A stretch of 64,000 nucleotides of DNA from contig JBDRPX010000038.1 in NCBI GenBank assembly GCA_043826565.1, positions 6,334-70,333 on the forward strand. Reading direction: 5' to 3'. The notes beneath the pieces are model-generated. The model ran no database searches, was not told the origin of the DNA, and was given only the letters and a program-made list of their open reading frames with translations. Shown piece by piece: positions 28,686 through 38,919 of this stretch (within the stretch, counting starts at the first letter, position 1; each line of letters opens with the position of its first letter). The translations under genes and the position numbers were made by a program. The stretch comes from Candidatus Omnitrophota bacterium. Lineage in GTDB: Bacteria > Omnitrophota > Gorgyraeia > B26-G9.

Positions 28686-31600
28686 ATGAAAACATATTAT
28701 CGCAATTATTCTGTTTTGGTAATCTGCTGTTTCCTCGCATACGTGTTCTTACCGAGCACTGCGATGGCTCAGTCTTTTGATGATTTCATGGAGAGCGGAT
28801 TAAGTCAGGAAGTTCTTCAGGGATTATTCAATTCCAGTGATCCTATCAGCGATCAAAGTGACGCGGCAAATCTTTCACAAACCGAAATCGCTCCACCTCC
28901 TATGGTTATTACTACTTCGGGCGGGGATATTTATTTGCTTCAGGGCGATGGCGTAAAAGCTAAATTAAAAATCGATCAACAAGGGACTCTGGAAACTACT
29001 TATTCACTTGACGGTTCTGATCTCAAAATGATTAATGAATTTGGTGAAGAATTCCATTATGAATATTCTCGTGATGGACAGACCGTGCAGATTCTTAATG
29101 CCAATGACGAGGTTATTGCCACACATTCTTTTGAATTAGGTAAAGTTACTGCTTTTTCAAGTCAAGGGAAAATCACTTATCAATATGCTAATGATGGCAG
29201 TGATCGCATGATTTCCTCTACTGATGAATGGGGCAATGTAACTAATTATGATGATTTGGGCCGTCCGGCTACAATAACTGATAGTAAAGGAGTTGTTGTT
29301 GGTCAGTATAAGTTTGATAACAAAGGAAAAATAGAAACATTCACAGATCATAATGGTAGTGTAACGGTATTTGATAGTGAAGGTTTGAGACCTCTTTATA
29401 CAAAGAATGCTCAGGGAACAAAAACTCAGGAATATCGTTATGATTCAACAGGGCATCTTACCGCGGTTTTGAATAATGTAAACGGTCAGATGACGGAAGT
29501 TGAAAACGGATACTATACTATAATTTATAATACAGTTGAAGCCACTACTCCTGACGGTACTGTGATAACTGATGATGAGGGAAATCCGATACTTGAATAT
29601 GTGGCCACCGGAGTATATAGTTATGATGCCGCTGGTAATGTTGAGGCAATTAATGATGTCGGGCCTGGTGGTATTATCACCGGTTGGACTGAATATGATG
29701 ATTATGGCAGAGTTTCGGCAACCTATAATGCCGAGGGAACAAAGATCCAGGAATATGCCTATAACCAGCATGGTTTTCTGGAGATGACAATTTCCTTAGG
29801 GTCTGTTGATGCTTTGACCGGGCAGCAGACAATGCAGAGTTATACGGTTTTTGATGGTCATGGCCGTCCTAGCGAAGTTTGGCAGATCGGCGATACCGCT
29901 AGTGATAAAGTTAAGATCCAGGAATATACTTATAAGGCAGATGGGTTACTTGATGTAACTTATTCCTTGGGGATAAAGAGAGATGATTTGGGTAATGCCA
30001 TCTTAGATGATGCCGGTGAGTATGTTTACATAACTACATCTAAAACTGTTTATGATACAAAAGGCCGTCCGAATGCTGTTTATGGAATGGTTCGTGACGA
30101 AAGCGGTGAAATTGTAAATGATGATATGGGTAATCCTATTTTGGAAGTTCAGCAGAAGTATACTTACGATAACAAAGGGTTCTTATCAAAAACAACATCG
30201 TATGGGTTTGGCGGAATAAAAACAGGGGAAACAGTGTTTGATGCATATAGCCGTCCGACAGAATCTTTTAACTCATCCGGAGCTTTAACTCAGACATATA
30301 CCTATGGTAATGATGGATTTCTTAAAGAGACATCTAATTATGGTGAAAATGGAGCATTTACCGGTTATACTCTTTATGACGCAAAAGGTAAGCCAACGGA
30401 TGTTTATAACCATGAAGGAAGTCTGACCCAAAAATATATCTATGACCAGAATGGTTTATTGTTAATGAGTTTAAGTTTATCTGCGGAAGCCGGTGGTAAT
30501 GATGCAGTAGTTGCCACTCTTTCTGATAAAATGACAATCGCACAATTATGGAATAGTGAATGGGATTCTCAATATGATTTCCTTGATCCGGACAATCAGT
30601 TAACATCAGAGCACTTAATTGCAGAAGCTTGGAGTGCCTTAGAAAGTGGAGATACGGAAAAGGCAAAAGCATTTTCTCTTAAATGTATTCAGACATTCTC
30701 CGCTGATGCAACATCTCAGCAAAAGCAAAATGATTCTTTACCGGCAGGGCCGGCTATTTTTGACAACTGGGCTTTAAATGATGTGGGAACCGGTTATTTT
30801 ATTCTTGGTCAAGCATTGGAAACAGAGGGTTCTAATGATGCCGCTGCCAGTGCTTATAAAATTCAGGCCGCTGAATTTGAATTCGCGCAATGTTGGGATC
30901 CGGCAGAAGGTAGTTTCTGGGTTGTTAGTGACGGCTCTAAAGTTCAGCTTAACGCGGATCACTTAAATGTAAACACATCAGTAGTAACCGGGTATACTCT
31001 TTTTGGCGGAGATTCCAAGCCGATCGCGTCATATCAGTTCTATGAAAAATTTGATGAAAATGGCGCAAGTCTTGGTGTCCAGGAAACCAAAGTGCAGGAG
31101 TATGTTTACACATATCAGGCAAACGTAAAAGTAATAGATCCGGTTTCCGGAGAAACTTCAACAGTCGCAGTTACTAAGAATTCCGGCTTTGTCCAGAAAA
31201 CGGTTAATTTTGGTGATATCATTGATCAGGCTACCGGAGAACAGGAAGTAACCGGATATACGACATTTGATAAGCTGGGCCGGCAGGACAGTACGTTTAA
31301 TTCAGATGACCAGCTTGTGCAAAGTTACAAATATTCCGGAGAAGGGTTTTTGAAATATACATATAGTTATGGTGCAAACAAGGCTAAAACCGGAACCACA
31401 TTGTTTGATCATTATTCACGGCCGGTAGCTAGTTTTAATATGGCCGGAACAGAAATTACTAAGATTCCGCAAGAACTTATTCGTGCTTTAGGCAGCGGAT
31501 TAACCGAAGCTGACTTAGCTAATCAGGATTGGCAGCCATATTTAAAAGGTCTAAATCAGACTTTTGAATATGACAGTAATGGATTTTTAAGTTCCAGTAA

Positions 31601-34600
31601 GTCTTATGGAGAAGGATTAGTCTTAAGTACCAGCCAAATATCCGGGCTTGTTGCGGCAATGGGATCATCTGTTGGAGATGCAGCGTACGATGTTACTTGT
31701 GATTATAATGAAGACGGCACGGTGAATTATGATGATATGGTTATTCTTAATGAGGCATTTGATGGCGCGGAAATGTTTGCGAATACATATGGCTCAAAAG
31801 CCGGCGATGGTAATTACTTCGCTCAATATGATTATGACAGCGATGGAGATGTAGATAAGAAGGATTTGTCATCATTTGGAAAGACTTTTGAGAAATCAAC
31901 AGAGTATCGGCCGACATGGACCGGTGTGACAAATTATGATAAATACGGTAAAGCAGATACTGTTATGAATGTTATCGAGGATGCTTCCGGAAATCAAGTT
32001 GAGGGAGTGCTGGTCCAGAAGTATGAGTATAATGAGCGCGGGTTTATGGAGAGATCAGTTTCTTATGGAATTCTTACTGATGATCAGGGTAATGTGATTA
32101 AAGATGGTGAGAATCCGATATCCATAGCCACAGGTTTTACACAGTTTGATGCTGGCTCACGGCCTGTAGCAACGTATAGCTTGTATGATGATGGGCTTAA
32201 TGGTTTGCAGGAATCTAAAATACAGGAATATGTATACGATAAAGGGTTCCTTACACAAACTGTTAACTTTGGTGATATCATTGATCAATCTACAGGTGAA
32301 TTGGCAAAGGCTGGTTATACTAATTTTGATAATTTTGGCCGGCAGACAACTAGTTATAACGAAGAAGGCCAAAAAACAACTGTATTTAAATATTCCATCC
32401 AGGGATTTATGTCCGAGACATACAACTATGGCAGCGGCGGAGCATATTTAGGAAAGACGGTGTTTAATAAAGCCGGCAGACCTACGGAAGCTTATAATAT
32501 GTATGCGAGCAAGAGCGGCACACAGAACGGTCTAACCCAGAAATTCAATTATAATGAGTATGGTTTTATGAGTCACAGTGAAAGCTTTGGACAGGATCAG
32601 ACTTTGACGAGTACAACTTACTATAATGGACATGGAAAAGGTTTAAGGGTAGAAAATGAAAAAGGGTTTGTAATTTCATCTTATCAGTATAATGAACGCG
32701 GATTCATGGAAAAGACTCAGAGTCTTGCGTTTATTGAAGTAACTGATCCGGCGGAAATTGCGAATCTGCAATCTCAGGGTCTTTATGTTCAGGAAACTGC
32801 AATTGATGATAATACCGGAGAAGCAGTAACCCAGGGAGGATTTTACGCGGTTACCGGGTATACGACATTTGATGCAAATTCGCGGCCAACCGAATCATAT
32901 CAGTGTTATTGGACTACTCAGGGCGAAGGTCAGGGGGTAAAGGTTCAAGAATATGTATATAAAGACGGATTCTTAGTAGAAACACTTAATTTTGGAAGGC
33001 CGGAAGGCGGAGAACAGCGAGTGGTGGGTACGACCTCGTTTGATAAATTCGGACGTCAGAGTGCTTCCTATAATGAACTAGGGCAGGTGACAACAAAGTA
33101 TCAATATTCAAACCAGGGTTTTTTAAGCGGCACAACGAATCATGGAGAAAAAGGTGTTAAGACGGGAAGTACGGAGATTAGTGCTTTAGGACGTCCAACC
33201 GCCGCTTATAACCATAAGGGTACTTTAGTTCAGGCATTTGGATATGACAGCGTTACCGGACAATTAACCGGAAGTACATCTTATGGGGAGCCGGATCCGG
33301 ATACAGGTGATCCGACTATGACTGGTACGACTACATATGATGCTTATGGTAAGGCGACAGGTGCTTATAATGATATGGGTGCTAAAGTTCAGGAATATGT
33401 TTACGATCCGCAGGGCTTTATGGTGGAAACTTTGAGCCTTGGAGATGATGACGGGAGTGGAAATCCAGTGATAACTGGTAGAACAGTTTATGATGATGCC
33501 AGTAAGCCGGTAGAATCCTACACAAGATCTAGTAGTGGTGTGGAGACCAGAGTTCAGGTGTTTGTATATAATACAGCAGTTGATTTAAGTAACTATGCTG
33601 ATTATGTAGCCAATCCTGATAATTATAGTGAGACAAAAACCGGATTCTTGAGTTCAACGTTTAGTCATGGTAAAGACAATTATCTGAGTGGATATACTAA
33701 GTTTAATCAGTATGGTCAACAGACAAACTCATATAATGAATTTAATGAGCTGACTGTGGCTTATAAATATTCTGGTTCCGGATTCATGAATGAATCATGG
33801 AGTTATGGGTTAAATAGTTTGCGTACTGGTAAAACGGTGTATTCATCTTCAGGCAGGCCGGAAGCTTCTTATAATGAAAAAGGCGCTGTAGTTCAGCAGT
33901 TTAACTATAATGCCAACGGTTTCATGGCATCAACAACGTCATTTGGCGATGTTGGAGACGATGGTAATCCTACACAGACACAGACTACCTATTATGATGG
34001 ATATGGAAAACAGACTCACAGTATGAATACCGAAGGTAGTATTGTTCAGACATTTCAATATGATGATGCCGGGTTTTTACTGAAATCTCAGGGCTGGGCG
34101 CAATATGAAGGTGTCCCGGACGGTCTAACATGGTATGAAGTTCTCGACCAGGGATATGCCGTAGAAACAAGTTATACAACATATGATAATGCTTCCAGAC
34201 CAGTTGAGTCTTATATAGTTTATCAGGGTGATTCCGGAAGAAGAGAAGTCAAGACTCAGAGTTTTATTTACAACACTGGAGTTGATTCGACTAATTACCA
34301 GGATTATTTAGCGAATCCGGATAGCTATAGCGGTACACAGACTGGTTTTATGACCCAATCTGTATCTTATACTCTAAATAACGATGAAAACGGAGCTCCG
34401 GTATCTCATGAAGCGAATGGCGGCCGGGTTGCCAATGCTGTAGGTACAGAAGTAGTTGTTTCCGGGCTGACAACATATAATAGTTTTGGGCGGCCGGATA
34501 AGACATATAATCATCTCGGGCAAGTTGTTTCGGTAAGTTCATACAATGCGAATGGGTTCTTAAAAGAAACGCAAAACTTCGGTGAGAATGGTGCATATAG

Positions 34601-35540
34601 CGGAAAACTAATTTATAATGCCGCGGGAAGACCAACCGAAGCTTATAATAACTTGCATACAAAGGTAACAGAGTATATATACAATGACCAGGGTGTTCTT
34701 TCCCAGACAGTCAGCTTTAACCAGGGACTGGTTACTCAATATACAACTTATGATATTTACTCCAAAGCTATTGAATCCAGACAGTGTTTTACCGCTGGAG
34801 AAACCACGCATAATTTCCCCAATAGTACAGGGTATCAATTTGGTGAAGGTCAGGCGAACTACAGCGTTGCCTATAATGATGATGGCAGCATATCTGAGGT
34901 TACCGGTGGTGCTTTAAGCCAGCAGAGTTTCTATAATGAGTTTGGCTTTATGAAGGCATCAGTCAGTTATGGGAGAACAGGGCAGGCGACAAGTTATGTT
35001 GTCTTTGATAAATACCAGAGGCCGACTGAGGTCTATAATATTACACCAGACGCAGGAGCTAACCGTGATGCGATAATGTCCAGTATTATCGTACAGTCTG
35101 AAGTTGTTTTAACTGGGGCTGCGGCTGAGGCTCATAATTCTGCTCGGGTACAGAAATATAATTACAATGAGAAGGGGTTCCTGGTATCAACGATTTCCTA
35201 TCAGCGTACAAAAGAATATGATGATCAAGGAAATCCGTTATCTGCAGAAACCTGGGAAAAAGAATCATCCATTACATATTACAACACTGTTGGACAGCAA
35301 ACATCTACGTATTTACTTAAGGATGATGGTACCGATGGTGCTAAACAGGCAACTTACACATACAATAACCAGGGATTCTTAACTCAGGCAGTCAATTACA
35401 ACGGCAATACGAGAACCGGTTATACAGAGTATGATGCCAGTGGTAGGCAGGTAATTAGTTATAATGCTAGTAATTCACCTGTTAATAAATACTGGTATGA
35501 TTTAAATGGGTTCTTAATCGGAAATACAAATGTTCAGTAA
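28686..35540 (+). CDS. Giant secreted YD/Rhs-like repeat protein (2284 aa) with inserted TPR-like and dockerin/EF-hand-like modules
   Basis: GGGAGG RBS; Sec signal (..PSTAMA|Q); many repeats QxYxYDxxGFLxxTxSYG..TGxTxFDxxGRPxxxYN; no Rhs-core DPxG/toxin tip. Confidence 0.85.
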   Translation: MKTYYRNYSVLVICCFLAYVFLPSTAMAQSFDDFMESGLSQEVLQGLFNSSDPISDQSDAANLSQTEIAPPPMVITTSGGDIYLLQGDGVKAKLKIDQQGTLETTYSLDGSDLKMINEFGEEFHYEYSRDGQTVQILNANDEVIATHSFELGKVTAFSSQGKITYQYANDGSDRMISSTDEWGNVTNYDDLGRPATITDSKGVVVGQYKFDNKGKIETFTDHNGSVTVFDSEGLRPLYTKNAQGTKTQEYRYDSTGHLTAVLNNVNGQMTEVENGYYTIIYNTVEATTPDGTVITDDEGNPILEYVATGVYSYDAAGNVEAINDVGPGGIITGWTEYDDYGRVSATYNAEGTKIQEYAYNQHGFLEMTISLGSVDALTGQQTMQSYTVFDGHGRPSEVWQIGDTASDKVKIQEYTYKADGLLDVTYSLGIKRDDLGNAILDDAGEYVYITTSKTVYDTKGRPNAVYGMVRDESGEIVNDDMGNPILEVQQKYTYDNKGFLSKTTSYGFGGIKTGETVFDAYSRPTESFNSSGALTQTYTYGNDGFLKETSNYGENGAFTGYTLYDAKGKPTDVYNHEGSLTQKYIYDQNGLLLMSLSLSAEAGGNDAVVATLSDKMTIAQLWNSEWDSQYDFLDPDNQLTSEHLIAEAWSALESGDTEKAKAFSLKCIQTFSADATSQQKQNDSLPAGPAIFDNWALNDVGTGYFILGQALETEGSNDAAASAYKIQAAEFEFAQCWDPAEGSFWVVSDGSKVQLNADHLNVNTSVVTGYTLFGGDSKPIASYQFYEKFDENGASLGVQETKVQEYVYTYQANVKVIDPVSGETSTVAVTKNSGFVQKTVNFGDIIDQATGEQEVTGYTTFDKLGRQDSTFNSDDQLVQSYKYSGEGFLKYTYSYGANKAKTGTTLFDHYSRPVASFNMAGTEITKIPQELIRALGSGLTEADLANQDWQPYLKGLNQTFEYDSNGFLSSSKSYGEGLVLSTSQISGLVAAMGSSVGDAAYDVTCDYNEDGTVNYDDMVILNEAFDGAEMFANTYGSKAGDGNYFAQYDYDSDGDVDKKDLSSFGKTFEKSTEYRPTWTGVTNYDKYGKADTVMNVIEDASGNQVEGVLVQKYEYNERGFMERSVSYGILTDDQGNVIKDGENPISIATGFTQFDAGSRPVATYSLYDDGLNGLQESKIQEYVYDKGFLTQTVNFGDIIDQSTGELAKAGYTNFDNFGRQTTSYNEEGQKTTVFKYSIQGFMSETYNYGSGGAYLGKTVFNKAGRPTEAYNMYASKSGTQNGLTQKFNYNEYGFMSHSESFGQDQTLTSTTYYNGHGKGLRVENEKGFVISSYQYNERGFMEKTQSLAFIEVTDPAEIANLQSQGLYVQETAIDDNTGEAVTQGGFYAVTGYTTFDANSRPTESYQCYWTTQGEGQGVKVQEYVYKDGFLVETLNFGRPEGGEQRVVGTTSFDKFGRQSASYNELGQVTTKYQYSNQGFLSGTTNHGEKGVKTGSTEISALGRPTAAYNHKGTLVQAFGYDSVTGQLTGSTSYGEPDPDTGDPTMTGTTTYDAYGKATGAYNDMGAKVQEYVYDPQGFMVETLSLGDDDGSGNPVITGRTVYDDASKPVESYTRSSSGVETRVQVFVYNTAVDLSNYADYVANPDNYSETKTGFLSSTFSHGKDNYLSGYTKFNQYGQQTNSYNEFNELTVAYKYSGSGFMNESWSYGLNSLRTGKTVYSSSGRPEASYNEKGAVVQQFNYNANGFMASTTSFGDVGDDGNPTQTQTTYYDGYGKQTHSMNTEGSIVQTFQYDDAGFLLKSQGWAQYEGVPDGLTWYEVLDQGYAVETSYTTYDNASRPVESYIVYQGDSGRREVKTQSFIYNTGVDSTNYQDYLANPDSYSGTQTGFMTQSVSYTLNNDENGAPVSHEANGGRVANAVGTEVVVSGLTTYNSFGRPDKTYNHLGQVVSVSSYNANGFLKETQNFGENGAYSGKLIYNAAGRPTEAYNNLHTKVTEYIYNDQGVLSQTVSFNQGLVTQYTTYDIYSKAIESRQCFTAGETTHNFPNSTGYQFGEGQANYSVAYNDDGSISEVTGGALSQQSFYNEFGFMKASVSYGRTGQATSYVVFDKYQRPTEVYNITPDAGANRDAIMSSIIVQSEVVLTGAAAEAHNSARVQKYNYNEKGFLVSTISYQRTKEYDDQGNPLSAETWEKESSITYYNTVGQQTSTYLLKDDGTDGAKQATYTYNNQGFLTQAVNYNGNTRTGYTEYDASGRQVISYNASNSPVNKYWYDLNGFLIGNTNVQ

Positions 35541-35577
35541 TTAGTTTTAGGTTGTTGGTTTTAGAATCAAGTGTTTT

Positions 35578-35618
35578 AAGCAACAGCTTCCTGCGAAAGT
35601 GGGAAGCTGTTGCTTTTT
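35578..35618 (+). terminator. Intrinsic terminator after the giant gene
   Basis: AAGCAACAGCTTCC..GAAA..GGAAGCTGTTGCTT + T run. Confidence 0.9.
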
Positions 35619-35675
35619 AACATGTTACATTAATTAAACAACAGCTTAAAATCCCCTAATTATCTTAATTTTTCC

Positions 35676-35704
35676 TTGAATTAATTGCTGAGTTATTGTA
35701 CAAT
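35676..35704 (+). promoter_or_regulatory. Putative sigma70 promoter for the kdsA operon
   Basis: TTGAAT-N17-TACAAT. Confidence 0.55.
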
Positions 35705-35779
35705 AATATATCATAGTTATCTGGGGGGATTAGCTTAATAATATGGTTATCAACGGAAGTATAAAATTTACATAATGTT

Positions 35780-36613
35780 ATGAATTTTTTAGATTTAAAT
35801 TATTTTTTTCAATCTCTCAAGAGCTTGCCGAAAAAGAAAAAGCTGTTCTTGATTGCCGGGCCTTGCGTGATTGAGTCTGAAAAAATGTGCCTTGAACACG
35901 CGCAGGTTTTAAAAGATATTTGTCTGAGTCTTAATGTGCCGTTTATTTTTAAGGCAAGTTATGATAAAGCAAACCGTACATCAGTTAGTTCCTTTCGCGG
36001 CCCGGGGATTTTAAAGGGCTTGTCTATTCTCGCTAAAATAAAGAAAAAGCTCAAAATCCCGATTATTAGTGATGTCCATAGAGTTTGCGAGGTAAAAGCA
36101 GCAGCGCAGGTTTTGGATATATTGCAGATTCCGGCATTGCTAAGCAGACAGACTGACCTGTTGATTGCTGTGGCAAAAACAAAAAAAATAGTTAATATAA
36201 AAAAAGGCCAGTTTATGGCTCCGCTGGATATCAAGAATGTGATCGCTAAAGTGAAAAGTACCGGAAATGAAAAAATTATGCTTACTGAGCGGGGAGTTTG
36301 TTTTGGATATAATAACTTAGTTAGTGATATGAGGTCGATACCAATAATGAAACAATATGGTTATCCTGTTGTTTATGACGCTACACATAGTGTGCAGCTG
36401 CCCAGCGCAGGAATCGGTACATCATCAGGAGAACGTGAGTTTGTCGAAACCTTGGCATTGAGTGCGGTTGCGGCTGGGTGTGATGGGCTGTTTATGGAAG
36501 TTCATAAGCAGCCGGGTAAAGCTCTTTGTGACGGACCGAATATGGTTGATTTTGCCGAGATGAAGAAAATTTTAGAAAAAGCATGTAAAATTAGAGAAAT
36601 AGTAAATGATTGA
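35780..36613 (+). CDS. kdsA: KDO 8-phosphate synthase
   Basis: AGPCVIE, KASYDKANRTS, NIKKGQF, DATHSVQ. Confidence 0.97.
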   Translation: MNFLDLNYFFQSLKSLPKKKKLFLIAGPCVIESEKMCLEHAQVLKDICLSLNVPFIFKASYDKANRTSVSSFRGPGILKGLSILAKIKKKLKIPIISDVHRVCEVKAAAQVLDILQIPALLSRQTDLLIAVAKTKKIVNIKKGQFMAPLDIKNVIAKVKSTGNEKIMLTERGVCFGYNNLVSDMRSIPIMKQYGYPVVYDATHSVQLPSAGIGTSSGEREFVETLALSAVAAGCDGLFMEVHKQPGKALCDGPNMVDFAEMKKILEKACKIREIVND

Positions 36614-37574
36614 AAAAAAATATGAAAAAATAGCCAGGCAGGTATTAAGATCGGAAGCAAAAGCAATAACGGATTTACTGCCGAGAATTAATAAAGATTT
36701 TGATAAGGCCGTTGAACTTATTGTCAGGTGTAAAGGCCGGATTGTTATTACCGGAATGGGTAAGCCTGGTATTATCGGAAAAAAGATTTCCTCAACCATG
36801 GCTAGTTTGGGAGTTCCCAGTTTGTATTTACATCCTGCTGATGCCGTTCACGGCGACTTAGGCCGGGTTACTAAGGATGATATTATTATCGCGATTTCCA
36901 ATAGTGGTCAGACAGAAGAAATTGTAAGACTTTTGCCGATAATTAAGAAGATCGGCGTTAAGCTGATATCCTTAACCGGTAATATCAAATCCTTACTTGC
37001 GCAATATAGCGATGTTATTCTTAACGTTGGAGTTAAAAAGGAAGCTTGTCCGTTTAATCTAGCTCCGACTTCAAGTACAACGGCAACATTGGCGATGGGG
37101 GATGCTTTAGCGGTGGCGGTGCTGGTAAGAAGCGGTTTTAAGATTGAAGATTATGCTTTTTATCATCCCGGAGGAAGCCTGGGGAAAAAATTGCTTAAAG
37201 TAAAAGACCTTATGCGTAAAGGACCGGATAATCCGATTGTCAGCGAAAAAACAATGGTTAAAACAGTTTTACTGCAGATTACTAAATCAAGGGCCGGATG
37301 TGCGGTTGTTGTAAATAAGAAAAAACAAATGATCGGTATTTTTACCGATGGTGATTTACGCCGTCATATTGAAAGTGAACCTGATTTATTGCAAAAAGAA
37401 GTACGATTGGTTATGACTAAGAAACCGATGTCGATTAATCGGGAAAAACTTGCGGTTGAGGCAGTAAAACTTCTCAAAGATAAAAAAATCGATGAATTAC
37501 CTGTTGTTGATGAACAGGGCCGGCCCGTAGGACTTTTGGATGTTCAGGACTTATTAAAAGCCGGCATAGTTTAA
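36606..37574 (+). CDS. kdsD: Arabinose-5-phosphate isomerase (KpsF/GutQ; SIS + CBS)
   Basis: TGMGKPG, HGDLG, APTSSTT, HPGGSLG, GIFTDGDLRR. Confidence 0.95.
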   Translation: MIEKKYEKIARQVLRSEAKAITDLLPRINKDFDKAVELIVRCKGRIVITGMGKPGIIGKKISSTMASLGVPSLYLHPADAVHGDLGRVTKDDIIIAISNSGQTEEIVRLLPIIKKIGVKLISLTGNIKSLLAQYSDVILNVGVKKEACPFNLAPTSSTTATLAMGDALAVAVLVRSGFKIEDYAFYHPGGSLGKKLLKVKDLMRKGPDNPIVSEKTMVKTVLLQITKSRAGCAVVVNKKKQMIGIFTDGDLRRHIESEPDLLQKEVRLVMTKKPMSINREKLAVEAVKLLKDKKIDELPVVDEQGRPVGLLDVQDLLKAGIV

Positions 37575-37605
37575 TATTTAAGTATGAAGTTGAGTTTGTA
37601 TAATT

Positions 37606-38121
37606 ATGAATAATAAAGCTGAAAAAATAAAAGCGCTGATCGTCGATGTTGATGGGATTCTTACCAGCGGCTCTATTGTATATGGTAATTTCACCGATGA
37701 CTATCGTGCTTTTCATGTGCATGATGGTATGGGGTTTGTTTTGTGGCATAAGGCGGGATTAAAATCAGCAATAATTACTTCCAAATCATCTCGAGCAGTA
37801 AGTCGACGCGTTAAGGAATTAAAAATTGGTATAATTGCTAAGAATGTGAAAAACAAATTGGTTATTTTTAATAAAATGCTTAAAAAAATGAAGCTTAATG
37901 CAGATGAAGTTTGTTATATCGGCGATGATCTTCTGGATATGGCGGTTTTGCAAAGTGTGGGATTTTCGGCTACCGTTCCGCAAGCTTGTGACGATGTTAA
38001 AGGTTGTGTTGATTATATAACTAATAAAAGTGCCGGTAAGGGTGCGGTAAGAGAAGTAATCGAGTTAATCTTAAAATATCAAGGGAAATGGGAATCATTA
38101 GTTAAACAGTATTCTCTATAA
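37606..38121 (+). CDS. kdsC: KDO 8-phosphate phosphatase (HAD)
   Basis: DVDGILT, IGDDLLD, GKGAVRE. Confidence 0.95.
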   Translation: MNNKAEKIKALIVDVDGILTSGSIVYGNFTDDYRAFHVHDGMGFVLWHKAGLKSAIITSKSSRAVSRRVKELKIGIIAKNVKNKLVIFNKMLKKMKLNADEVCYIGDDLLDMAVLQSVGFSATVPQACDDVKGCVDYITNKSAGKGAVREVIELILKYQGKWESLVKQYSL

Positions 38122-38126
38122 AAATC

Positions 38127-38858
38127 ATGGAAGATAGTCATCTTTTAAAAACTGAATTTATTTCAAAATCATACCACAATAAAAAAATTGTCGATGCTGT
38201 TAGTATCCACATAAAAAAAGCAGAGGTTGTGGGATTATTAGGTCCTAACGGGGCAGGTAAGACAACTACGTTTTATATGATCGTGGGATTAATATCACCT
38301 GATAAAGGCAAGATATTTTTTGATAATAAAGAAATAACGCATATGGCTATGTATAAACGAGCCCGCTGCGGGATAGGATATTTGTCTCAGGAGCCGTCAA
38401 TCTTTAGGAAGTTGACTGTTGAAGAAAATATTATGGCTGTATTGGAAACTCTCAAGATTACTAAGGCAGAACGTAAAAAGCGGCTGGAGCAGTTATTGGA
38501 AGAGTTGAGAATGACCTCTTTGGCAAAGAGTAAGGCCATGACACTTTCCGGCGGTGAAAGACGGAGACTTGAAATTACCCGATGCCTGGTAACTAACCCA
38601 TCATTTATTTTACTGGATGAGCCTTTTAGCGGGGTTGATCCAATCGCGGTTTTTGAGGTGCAGCAAATAATTGAGGATTTAAAGAAAAAAGGATTAGGTA
38701 TCTTACTTACTGATCATAATGTCCGGGAAACTTTAAGTATTACGGATAGAAGTTATATAATGACGCAGGGGAATATTTTAATGTCGGGGACAGCGCAGGA
38801 CTTAATTAATAATCCGGAAGCTAAAAAAATATATCTTGGTGAGAAATTCACGATGTAG
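38127..38858 (+). CDS. lptB: LPS export ABC ATPase
   Basis: GPNGAGKTTTFYM, LSGGERRRLEI, LDEPFSGVDP, LTDHNVRETL. Confidence 0.97.
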   Translation: MEDSHLLKTEFISKSYHNKKIVDAVSIHIKKAEVVGLLGPNGAGKTTTFYMIVGLISPDKGKIFFDNKEITHMAMYKRARCGIGYLSQEPSIFRKLTVEENIMAVLETLKITKAERKKRLEQLLEELRMTSLAKSKAMTLSGGERRRLEITRCLVTNPSFILLDEPFSGVDPIAVFEVQQIIEDLKKKGLGILLTDHNVRETLSITDRSYIMTQGNILMSGTAQDLINNPEAKKIYLGEKFTM

Positions 38859-38863
38859 TGTTC

Positions 38864-38892
38864 TTGACGTTTAAACGAAATAGTGATAGTAT
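38864..38892 (+). promoter_or_regulatory. Putative sigma70 promoter for hpf-ptsN-...
   Basis: TTGACG-N17-TAGTAT with TGn. Confidence 0.5.
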
Positions 38893-38919
38893 TACAATAT
38901 TATAAATTTGAGAGGAGGA

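Noticed and set aside
28686-35540. Classical Rhs polymorphic toxin or DGR target
   Set aside because: No Rhs-core DPxG motif, toxin tip or immunity gene; no reverse transcriptase or TR/VR pair seen
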